Both the position numbers and the translations under genes were made by a program. A stretch of 20,000 nucleotides of DNA from Chrysochromulina tobinii (lineage: Eukaryota). The stretch covers positions 52,253 through 72,252 of the forward strand of contig JWZX01002949.1 of NCBI GenBank assembly GCA_001275005.1, in the 5' to 3' direction. Shown here piece by piece: positions 9,694-19,099 of this stretch (the first letter of the stretch is position 1; each line of letters begins with the position of its first letter). Under the pieces are notes generated by a model, which was not told the origin of the DNA, did no database searches, and saw nothing but the letters and a program-made list of their open reading frames with translations.

Positions 9694-11039
9694 TCAGTCG
9701 ACTTCCTCGATGCCACTCGGCGTATCATCATCTACTTTGGTGGCACCGCCCCTCGGGGCGCCGCCGGGCATGCCGCCCGGCATGCCGCCCATGCCCGGCA
9801 TGCCGCCGCCCGCCGCGCCCCCCATCATGCCCGCCATCGCCGGGTTGCCCATCATCTTGCCCATCAGCTTGCCCAGCACAGGGCCGACTTCGGGGTCGTT
9901 CATGTACTGCATGGCAGCCATTGGGTTCCCCATGCAGCCCTGCAGCGCCGCCATGACCTTGGGGTTGCTCATGGCCGCCATCATCTCGGGATCCTGCATG
10001 AGCTCGCCCATCATGTCCGCAGCGCCTGGGGGCATGCCCATGCCCCCCATCCCCGGCATGCCCCCCCATCCCCGGCATGCCCCCCATCCCCGGCATGCCG
10101 CCCATCCCCGGCATGCCGCCCCATCCCCGGCATGCCGCCCATGCCGCCCATGCTCGGCATGCTGCTCTCTGCCTTCGACCTCTCGTACTCGGCCCGCGCC
10201 TTCTCGCGCCGCGCCTTGGCCTCGGCCTCGGCCTTCTCGGCCTTCTTGGCGGCCTTCTTGGCCAGCCGCGCTTGGCGCTCAACACACCGCTTGTTGACGA
10301 ACTTCTGGATGCCGTCCACCGCGTCGTCGTAGTCGATGCGCTGCGCGGTCGCCAGGTCCTTCTGCGCCTTCTCGTACTCGCCCAGGTACCGGTACGCCGA
10401 GCCGCGCACCTTGAGCGCCTTGGCCGAGTCGGGGTTGGACTCGAGCGCCTTGTTGCAGTCGCGCACCGCCGCGTTCGGCCTCTTCATCTTTAGGAAACTG
10501 TCGGCCCGCTTGGCGTACAGCAGCGGCGACGGCGTGAGCTGCAGCACCGCGGTGAGCGTCTCGATGGCCTTGGCGTGATCGCCATTCGAGGCCGCCTCCG
10601 CCGCCGCGGACTTGAGCTCGGCCACCTTCTCGTAGTCGGCGTCGCTGAGCTCGGGCGCCTCCTCGGGCCCCATGGCCGCAGGCGCGTCCGTGTCGACCGT
10701 CATCAGGTCGGGGTCGGCCGGCTCGGGCTCGTCATCGTCGTCGTCGTCATGGCCGTGGGCGTGCTCATGGGCGTGCTCATGGGCGTGCTCATGGGCGTGG
10801 TCGTGATGCCCGTGGTCGTGACCGCAGCAGCCCCCCGGCGCGTGCTGATGCGACGACTCGTGATGCGAGGACTCGTGATGGCCATGGCTGTGCTCCTTCT
10901 TCTTCTCCTCCTTTGCGGGGATTTTCGCCCCCAGCCTCGTGAGGTATGCCTTGAAGAAGCCCAGCTCCGGCGCGTGCAGCTTCTGCGGGTTGGCCTCCAG
11001 CTCGCCGACGAGCTTCTCGAGAGCGGAGAGGCTGGACAT
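9694..11039 (-). CDS. ST13: Hsc70-interacting protein (Hip/ST13) co-chaperone, ~447 aa after correcting two +1 indels
   Basis: N-terminal Hip dimerisation motif LHAPELGFFKAYLTRLGAKIP, acidic linker, TPR block (LYAKRA...RPNAAVRDC..AL..NPDSAKALKVRG.AYR.LG...A.KDL..AQRIDYD), charged coiled coil, GGMP repeats and STI1/DP domain (QDPEMMAAMSNPKV...MNDPEV). Confidence 0.92.
10033..10160 (-). repeat. Coding 18-nt repeat (MPGMGG)n
   Basis: ATGCCGGGGATGGG(C/G)GGC units; two units carry one extra G. Confidence 0.9.
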
Positions 11040-11183
11040 CTGTCGATGACGTGGTAATCAGCAAATGAGTTTCGTCGATTGATACATGCACAGACGTCGG
11101 CAAGGCGTCCTGATACACGGCACTCCTTCCACACATGTTAGTTGTTTTTGATGTTCCCGCATCTTTGCGCCGCTCGGTTTTAC
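11040..11183. promoter_or_regulatory. Short divergent intergenic region, probable bidirectional promoter
   Basis: 144 nt, more AT-rich than the flanks, between the divergent ATGs at 11039 (-) and 11184 (+). No specific element identified. Confidence 0.5.
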
Positions 11184-14100
11184 ATGTCGGACTCGGAGCG
11201 GTGCGAGGCGGACCAGCTAACGAGCGATGGCCCGGCGCCCGAAAAGCCAGACGTGCGCGCCAAACGCCTTGGCGCACTCGATAAGCGGCAGGCCGCCGGC
11301 TGGGCAGCCCCAGAGCCTGCTGCTGCGGCCTCCAAGGACGTCACTGCCTCGCAGGATGCGGTCTCGGGGACCGGCTGCCCGGCCTCGTCAGAGGCCGACG
11401 TTGACAGGCTCGTCGAGACTGGCGCGATCACCCCCGAGATGGCCAAGCTTATGAAGTCGTCGATCCGCAAGGCCAAGGATCCTCCAACCCCGGCCTCGTC
11501 AGAGGCCGACGTTGACAGGCTCGTCGCGACTGGCGTGATCACCCGCGAGATCGCCAGCCTTATGAGGTCGTCGATCCGCAAGGCCAAGGCTCCTCCATCC
11601 CCGGCCTCGTCAGAGGCCGACGTTGATAGGCTCGTCGAGACTGGCGTGATCACGGGTAAGCTTTCAAAAGACGACGATCAGCTTGCTGCAAATATCGTTG
11701 CGAGCCTCAACGTCTGCGGCGGCGGCGGCGACGACGACTGGTTGAATAAGCACATGCCTACCTGGCTGATCGAGGCGTTGCGTACATGGCCTGATGGCTG
11801 GCATGGCGAACAAGAGGCTAAGGTTCGACGTGAGCAAGCTGCACTAAAAACGTTGAAGAATGAGCTGAAGAGGGAGGCACCCATCTCGAGTGAAGACTAC
11901 GTCGGCTCGCTTCGTGAGCCCGAAGTCCGCGGATTTCATGCGGCCTCAGTAGTCCTCACGAATCAAGGCCGCGCGCTGATGCTCTTTGACCGCAGCAAAC
12001 CCGGCGCACAAGTTACTCTGTGCTTCCCTGCAGGCAAACGCAATCGCATGGAAGAGAGCGCCTGGGAATGCGCATGCCAGGAAGCTATTGACGGGACAGG
12101 CGGCTTAGCACAAATGCCTACAACGCCACCATCGCACGTTGCGTGGGTTGGAGCCACCAAGATGGCACTGTTCGTCTCTGAAACGACAGATGACAAGCTC
12201 GCAGAGCGCATCCAGCATTTGCGGCGGCCACCAGAAGGCATTGAAAATCTGCTGCCACTACATGGGATTCTATCTGCAGCATGGGTGCCTCTCAGTCTAC
12301 TGGGCTCAGAGAGCTTCCAGATGCGCTATCTGAGCAGCCAGGCGCAGGCTGTGATGAGCGTTATGCGGACTCTCCTCGACCCAACTCGACCCAACTGGAC
12401 CCCGGTGCCGCACACGCAGCCCGAGAGCCGTTGGGTGGTGGACATCTCGCGCCCAATTCGAGAGGGTGGTTTCGGCATCGTGTATCGTGGCAGGGACAGG
12501 GGTGAGACCGGCGAAGAGGCACCCAAGGATTGCGCAGCCAAGAAGCTCGGACTTGCAACCCAGCAAGAGATCGAGAACTTCCAGAAGGAGCGTGCGATGC
12601 TGCAAAGAGTAGGCAAACATGGCAGCATCATCGAGCTGTACGGCAGCGTTGAGGCCCCGGAGGCCGCAACGGGCTGGCTTTTCCTTGAGGTGGCTACGGG
12701 TGGCGAGCTCTTCGACCACCTCAATGACTGTGGCCGCTTGAGTGAACGTACGCATCGACAACCGCCCGCTTCCTGCTGCTGAAGCGCCCCTGACCAGCTC
12801 CCGGATAATCTCCGGCGCATATTCGCTGCGGTTCACCCTTCAAAGGGCTCTGCATACAAAGGGCCCTCATGCTCACCGCGTCGCTCAACACGTCGCTCGG
12901 CAGGTGCGGCATGGCCCTTCGTCTCGAGGCTTGCCAAGGCCGTTGCGCACATGTTCTCAAGGGGCATAGTACACCGCGACCTTAAGCTCGAGAACATCAT
13001 GCTGCATGCGGCCGACCCGAATGCCGTGAAGGTGATCGATTTTGGTTCGGCAATGGAGCTCGAGGTAAGCCTAGCCTCCCACACACGCCATCTCATTCCC
13101 CTCATTTCCCTTCCCGCCCCCTCCCCCCTAGTCGTCCTCTCCACGCCATGAATGGCCTCCTCTCACACGAGTGGTTGACACGCGCCCCTGCCCTGGCCCG
13201 CCCAGATTGGCGAGGACGGCCACGTGATCGAGAGGGCCGTCGCCGACGTGGCGGGCGGGCCTGCGTCTGCGTACCGAGCGCCGGAGGTGTACCACCAGCC
13301 AAGCTACTCGCCTCTCAAGCTCGACGTGTGGGCGATGGGGATCGTGACCTTCTCTCTCGTGTCGGGCTTTTTCCCCGTGGAAGAGGCCAAGGACACTTGC
13401 CGGCGGTTCAGAACGCTTGCCGCCGATCAGCGCAAGGGCATCGGCGTTTGCGAGAGCACCTTCAAGATGTACAGGCAACAACACCTTAACACCTTCTCGC
13501 CCGCTCTCAAGTCCCTTCTCGACGGCATGCTCACCATCGACTATACCACGCGCCTCAGCGTCAAAGAAGTCGAGGAACATCCGTGGATCACGAACGAGCC
13601 AGCCGGGACCGTCGACGCGGCGTACGAGATCTACCGTGGTACCACGCGCCTCAGCGTCAAAGAAGTCGCAAATGCAGCGGCCGTAGCGGCCCGCAAGGCA
13701 GACCCCCTCAGTGGTTCGCCCCCGGTGGCAAGCCCGGCGACGCCGGTGGCCTCGTCCGACATGGTGGCGTCTGTGGCGCAAGGTCAACGCCCCGCAGATG
13801 CCGATTACGTGCACTATTTTGCCGAATTGGACGGTAGAGACGCTCAACGGCTTGAGGGCGAAGCCTCCACGTCGGTCCTCCAGCTCCCTCACGGTGTTGA
13901 GCTGCGCAGTTCCTCGCGCTCTCGGGGAGGGCCGTTACGCGCGGACATGTTCCGCGTCGAGCTCATCCCGAGCGACCATCCTCTCGCAGCGGGTGCCTTG
14001 AGCGAGACTCTCCACATCGTCGCGCACCCCACCGCCGCTGCTGCGGGCGCCGCTGCCGGCCCCGCCACCCATGGTGGCGACGTGCCATCCCCGCTTCTGC

Positions 14101-15614
14101 TGCGCATGCCGCACCGCGCCTCTGCGGAACAGCTGGGGCACCTCGCCTTCTATCGAGCAGAGACTCCGGACAGCGAGATGCGGCTCGTCGAAGGTGGGTG
14201 CTTCTGGAGCGATGGTTACGCCGAGGTCGAGGTGACCTCATTCTCCGTGTGGAAGATCGCGCCCCTTCTGTTGGTGGCGACGGGAGCTGCTGCGTGGGCT
14301 GTGTCTACACGAACCTACATCGACCGACCGGTGGGCGTGGCAGCGTTTGCGTCCACCGATCCCGAGGCCCCTCGCAGTCTCCGTTTCGTCTTGCACCCGG
14401 CGCATGAGGACCCTCCCCACAACGACCACTTTTACGGTTTCTGCAAGGTCGGCGATGACAAAGAGGTCACCATTCGTCGTGGCAAGGCAGTCACGATCGC
14501 TCTGAAGGATTGTCCAGAGCTCTTCGTCACGTTCGCTCCATGGTGCAACACGCGCCAGTCCGAGATGATCCCACGCGAGGTCGAGCTAGGGCCGAGCTCA
14601 TCGCGTTCGCTGCGCACGGCGATCATCAGTCAGCCAGGGGTCGTGCCGCACCAACGCGAGTTCCGATTGATACTGGTCGGCAACCCCGCAGCCGCCGCTG
14701 CTGTACCGGAGGCCAGTCGAGCTTCTTCTGCCCAGTCCAGCTTCTTCCCCAGTCGAGCTGCTTCTGTCCAGTCGAGCTCCTTCCACAGTCGAGCTTCTTC
14801 TGCCCAACACGCACACATGTTGATGTCCATGGCGCTTCCAGACGCGTGGGATGAAGAGGCGGGTGCTGACGTGGAGAAGCCTCGGCTTGTGGAGGTGCCC
14901 TCACTTGTGAGCGCGGCGCCCAATCCTGAGTTTGAGCATGTGGCGAGCTTGCTGGCCAAGGGCTTGCCTGGTGCGAGCATCCTTGGGCTAAAGCGCGTGC
15001 AGAACGCGCAACTCTGGCGCAAGTATTCTTTGGAGCGTATAGGGGTTGCGCGGAAGAACGGCGGTCAGAGCAACGAGCGCGAGTTGTGGCACAGCACCGG
15101 CAACACGCCTGCCGACGTTGTGTGCATGAGCGAGCACGGGTTCGATCCGACATACTCAATCGGAACCGCGCTCCGTGGTACGGACGGCAACAAGTATGGC
15201 ATTGGGGTCTACTTTGCCGAGCACGCGCTATACTCTGACGTGATGAGGCCCGGGGTGGCACAAGAGGGTGGAAAGGAGATCGTCCTGGCGAAGGTCGTGC
15301 TGGGCAACGTCAAGGACTATGGAGCTAGGCTCGCACGAGGTTTGGAGCGCGAGCCCAGAGACGAGCGCACCGGAATCCCGTACGATTCGTGGACGGGCAC
15401 CGAGGATGATCTCCGCGGCGTGACGGAGATTGAAGCTGTCCGTTTGTCAGGCTCGCCAACTGAAAAGGAGAAGGCGCAACTTCTTGTCGACGAGGGCCAC
15501 AAGTACGGCCGGCAATACATCGTGTGCCGCTATCAAAAGGCGTACCCTGCTTACGTGGTTCGATATGAGGTTCGGCCAGATGCAGCTCTTTCCGAGCCGC
15601 GCCCGCTCGATTGA
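11184..15614 (+). CDS. Multidomain protein (~1377 aa): 37-aa repeats, degenerate Nudix, Ser/Thr kinase (CAMK-like), ZU5/UPA-like module, PARP catalytic domain; exons 11184..12747, 12904..13064, 13206..15614
   Basis: Splicing gives a continuous kinase: EGGFGIVY, AAK, GGELFD, LSE|RAAWPFV, HRDLKLEN, DFG, YRAPE, DVWAMG, HPWI. PARP motifs: RVQNAQLWRKY, NERELWHST, GFD, YGIGVYFA, LAKVVLG, YDS, QYIV, AYPAYVVRY. Exon lengths 1564+161+2409=4134 nt. An alternative in-frame ATG lies at 11151. Confidence 0.88.
11378..11653 (+). repeat. Coding 111-nt (37-aa) tandem repeat, ~2.5 copies
   Basis: GGCCTCGTCAGAGGCCGACGTTGA starts at 11381, 11492 and 11603. Unit: ASSEADVDRLVETGAITPEMAKLMKSSIRKAKDPPTP. Confidence 0.95.
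12748..12903 (+). other. Spliceosomal intron (156 nt) in the kinase domain
   Basis: GAAC|GTACGC...CTCGGCAG|GTGCGG, phase 1. Restores the helix leading into HRDLK. Confidence 0.85.
13065..13205 (+). other. Spliceosomal intron (141 nt) in the kinase activation segment
   Basis: GAG|GTAAGC...GCCCAG|ATT, phase 0. Links the DFG exon to the APE exon. Confidence 0.88.
13544..13668 (+). repeat. 29-nt exact direct repeat (TTRLSVKEV twice)
   Basis: TACCACGCGCCTCAGCGTCAAAGAAGTCG at 13544-13572 and 13640-13668. Confidence 0.9.
14713..14806 (+). repeat. Coding Ser-rich repeat, 36-nt period (SRASSAQSSFFP-like)
   Basis: CAGTCGAGCT(T/G)CTTCTG recurs every 36 nt in the linker before the PARP domain. Confidence 0.8.
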
Positions 15615-16038
15615 TGGCCAGCAGCACAGGAGAGCGACCGAGTCGACAAGGATGGCGCCATGTCGGGAGCGCCACCGACGGCCCCGGCGGTCGTCAAGCA
15701 ACACACGTTTGAGGCGCCGCAGCTTGGTGCACTCTCCGGCGATGCGGGCTACGAGTACCACGGCGGTACGGCGCCGAGCACGACGCCCTTCCACCCGTAC
15801 CCCGCAGTGAAACTTCTGCGTGCGCATCAAGTTGTGACCATGTATAGCGAACTTAGAGTATCCTAGTACCATTTTTGTAGCCTCGGGATTGTAAGAATTC
15901 AGGGGGTCCTGCCAATGTGTAGGTAGCTTGGTAAGTTACAGTTCTCTCTGTAAGAATTCACACCTCACTTGTCCTTTTCATGCCCGACGAGGAGATGCGT
16001 GGGCCAGGACGCAGCGCTGCGCAAAGCCTTTTGCAGAG

Positions 16039-19000
16039 ATGCCACATTACAAAATCGTCGCAGGGCTCCAGAGCCGTCCGGCCCTCAACGGGGCAGCTGT
16101 AGAGATCAGACAGCTCGACGAGACATCGGGACGGCATGTGGTGCGCACAGCAGATGGTGAGATGATCAAGCTGAAGGCACAAAACCTGGTTGCCTTCGCC
16201 GATGCAGGTGTCTCGGATATGCGGGAGCGTGGCAACGCCGCGTTTACTGCCAAGCGATTCTACGAAGCGATCGAGTGGTACACGGCTGCTATCTCGCCAG
16301 GCGATTCGCGGCCAAAAGCCAACCGCGCAGCGGCCTTTCTGGAGGTGGGCGACTACGGAGCTTGTGAGAAGGACGTCGCGGACGCGCTTTTGAACGTCGA
16401 GCCAGATGCAGCGGCGAAGCTGTACTGTCGCCTCGCCAAGGCGCAGGCATATGCCGGGAAGTACGACGAAGCGCTTGAGTCTTTTAGGAAGGTAAGTGGG
16501 GAAGTGGACACTACTTCAGCGCAGCTCCAGGCCGCGCTGCACCGGATTCGAGACCAGGCGCCCGATTGCTGCCCGTATCAGGCGTCCGAGCTGCCGTCCT
16601 GTCGTGCCGGGCCCATGGCGGCTTGTGAGTTCTATACGATTTCCAACGAAGACCCAAAGTCAGCTCTTGGTGGGCGCTTTGTGCAACACGTAGAACAAGC
16701 TGATCGAGTGGCGCTGGACGGCAGCCGCATCGTCCGCATCTTCTTCGGCGGCGTCGGCGACGGGCGGCATGTACTGTCCACCCTGATCGACCTCCGTCGC
16801 CGCCTGCCATCGCATGCACCTCCGGTCGAGATGACGCTTAACGATGTGAAGGCCGAAACGCTGGCTCGTGACTTGCTATTGCTCACGCTGCTGCATGACC
16901 TTGGCGTGTCGCTCGCTGGAGGAGACGCTCGACACGGCGCTGGCGGGGGCGCCGATTCGATGGAGCCTAATTCTCCGGCCGCCATGGCCGCCCTCCAGCT
17001 GTACTATGTCTACCTGGGCGTGTTCGTCCCGCCGGAGCAGCATGAGCGCCTCAGCACCGCGATCCACCGACTCGCATCTTCAGAGGCGCCTCCATCTCTG
17101 GTGTCCTGCAGCGAGGTGACGTGGCGGGCCTTGCGTGGCGTGTTCCAAGGCTGGGCGACGTCGCCGCTGCTGACCGTGCCGCTTGTCGATTCGATGTATA
17201 ACGTGAGCCCTGACGACGGAAGCGAGCTTACTAGGGACTATGCTGGCACTGCCGGCGCCCCCCAGCGGCTGCGATGGAGGAGGAGCGCCGTCGCGGCTTC
17301 ATAGAGTATGTCCAGCAGTGCGACGAGTCCACGCTCATGGCGATGCCAGGCGTGCCGGGCGCAACGGCCGCAGAGAAGCGTGCGGCGATGCTCTCGATGG
17401 CCAACTCGCCCGAGTTTGCTGAGATCGATCGCGCGAGCTCAAGTGGAGATCCATGCAGCTTGTCGGCTGAGTACAAGCGAGAGTTCGTCTTCTGGGCGCG
17501 CTCCAAGTTGCTACCACTGCCCGATTCGTGGCGCACGGCTCACGGATGCGAATCGTACGGCGGCACGAATGGTGTGGCTTCGGCCAAAGAGTATGACGGT
17601 GCGGCACAGAAGCAGCTGGGACGGCTGCGTGCGCGCTCGGGACGGCTGGGACAGCTGTGGCACCCGAATGTGACGCTCGTGGACGTGCCGTACCTCGGTG
17701 CCCAATGCGGAGGCCAGCCTTGCCAGCCGCAGGAGCTCTGTCTCGAACCGTTCCAAATTGTCAAGCAGCTTGCCACTGGCCTGGGGCCTCTCGATGGCAG
17801 GTCGCTCTTTCATAGTACAATCAGCACCTTCCGCCCTGCAGCGCGTGCTTTGGCAGACCTCCTGGCTGGCGGCCAGGTCAAGCTTTCTTTGGAGGTAGGC
17901 GACGCACATGCCGCCTTCGAACGAGTGACTGGCCATGGCGCGCCGTTACGCACGTTCGACCGGATCTATCTCTCAAATGTGCCCGACTACACGTCGATGC
18001 TCAACGCATTCCTCTACTTTTCGCCAGCACTCCGTCGGGGCGGCAGGAACGGTGATGATGGTGATGGCGAGGAGCGGCCGGCCGTTGAGCCGGCCGTGCT
18101 CGAGCACGAGCTGCTGTTGAATACACTCCTCTGGTCCTCACTCGAGCAGTATGTCTTCTCCTCCACTGCCCTACGCCCCTCAGACTACTGGCTGCTCGGC
18201 GTTCGCCTCGTCTCCGGCGATCACATGGATCGAGATGGCAAGCCTCGATGGTGCGCCTGCGACAGCGGTGAATGCCGCGAGCGCTTCAGGCAGGCTGGCC
18301 GCCCGAGTGTGGATTCATGGCTCCATCGACTTCTCCTAGCCTGTGTGCTCCCACCCTTGCGCGACGCTTCAAGGCACACGCGTGAGAGCTGCCCCCTCAC
18401 CCTTTCCACGGTCTTTCGCGCCGTCGAGCGCTTGAAGCTGCGTGGCTGCCCGGCTCACTGGCTGATCGACTTCCTCAACTCCATACTCGCTGGGCGGCTG
18501 CGCACGGCGGCCGTCCCGCCGGCGAGCTCGCCCTTGACCTTGCCCGAATCGGATCCTTGCCTCGGGCGGGCCTCGGCTATCGTCGACCTCGCCTTTTGCA
18601 AGCTCGAGGCAAGCACTCTAGCGGCTGTCTGGGATGCTCGTCTGCAGCTCCCACTTTCCGGCGGGGCAGTCGCAGCCCATATTCGCAAGCACACAGTGCC
18701 TCTGAGACCGAGTTGGATTCCCATGGATCGCACTGGCTTGGTGATAGCCGCTCCGGTCGTGGGCTTGGTGATCGCAGATCCGTCTTTCCCACCCGTGGAT
18801 GCCCTGCTTCGGCGTTTGGAGCAGCCCTTCGCCTCCGGGGGTCATGCCCGTGAACTCATTCGTCAGAGCCCGCCTGGGAGCTGCCACCTGCTCTCGGTCG
18901 TGCATTGGAATGATGTGGCGCACGAGGCCACTTTCTACATGCCCGCTGAAGAGCTTGCATCGATCACTGCGAGCGGCTCTAAGTGGGTGGCAATACTCGT

Positions 19001-19064
19001 ACGCACAGACTCCTGGGTGGCACTCACGAGCCGCTCAGCAATGGCTGCGCCGGAGGCTCCTGCC

Positions 19065-19099
<35 letters not shown>

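Noticed and set aside
9196..10332. 378-aa and 309-aa + strand ORFs
   Set aside because: Low-complexity antisense readings of the Hip 3' end and UTR.
11378..11653. Regularly spaced repeats as a CRISPR array
   Set aside because: The intervening sequences are also repeated, the unit is an in-frame 111 nt, there are no cas genes and the context is eukaryotic.
11655..11662. GGTAAG as an additional splice donor in the kinase-PARP gene
   Set aside because: The frame is open through it and no intron is needed; cannot be excluded without RNA data.
15928..16038. Upstream non-ATG ORF extensions (also 7798-7866, 11142-11150, 4263-4298)
   Set aside because: Artefacts of alternative start codons in the ORF track; they fall in UTR, intergenic or intron sequence.
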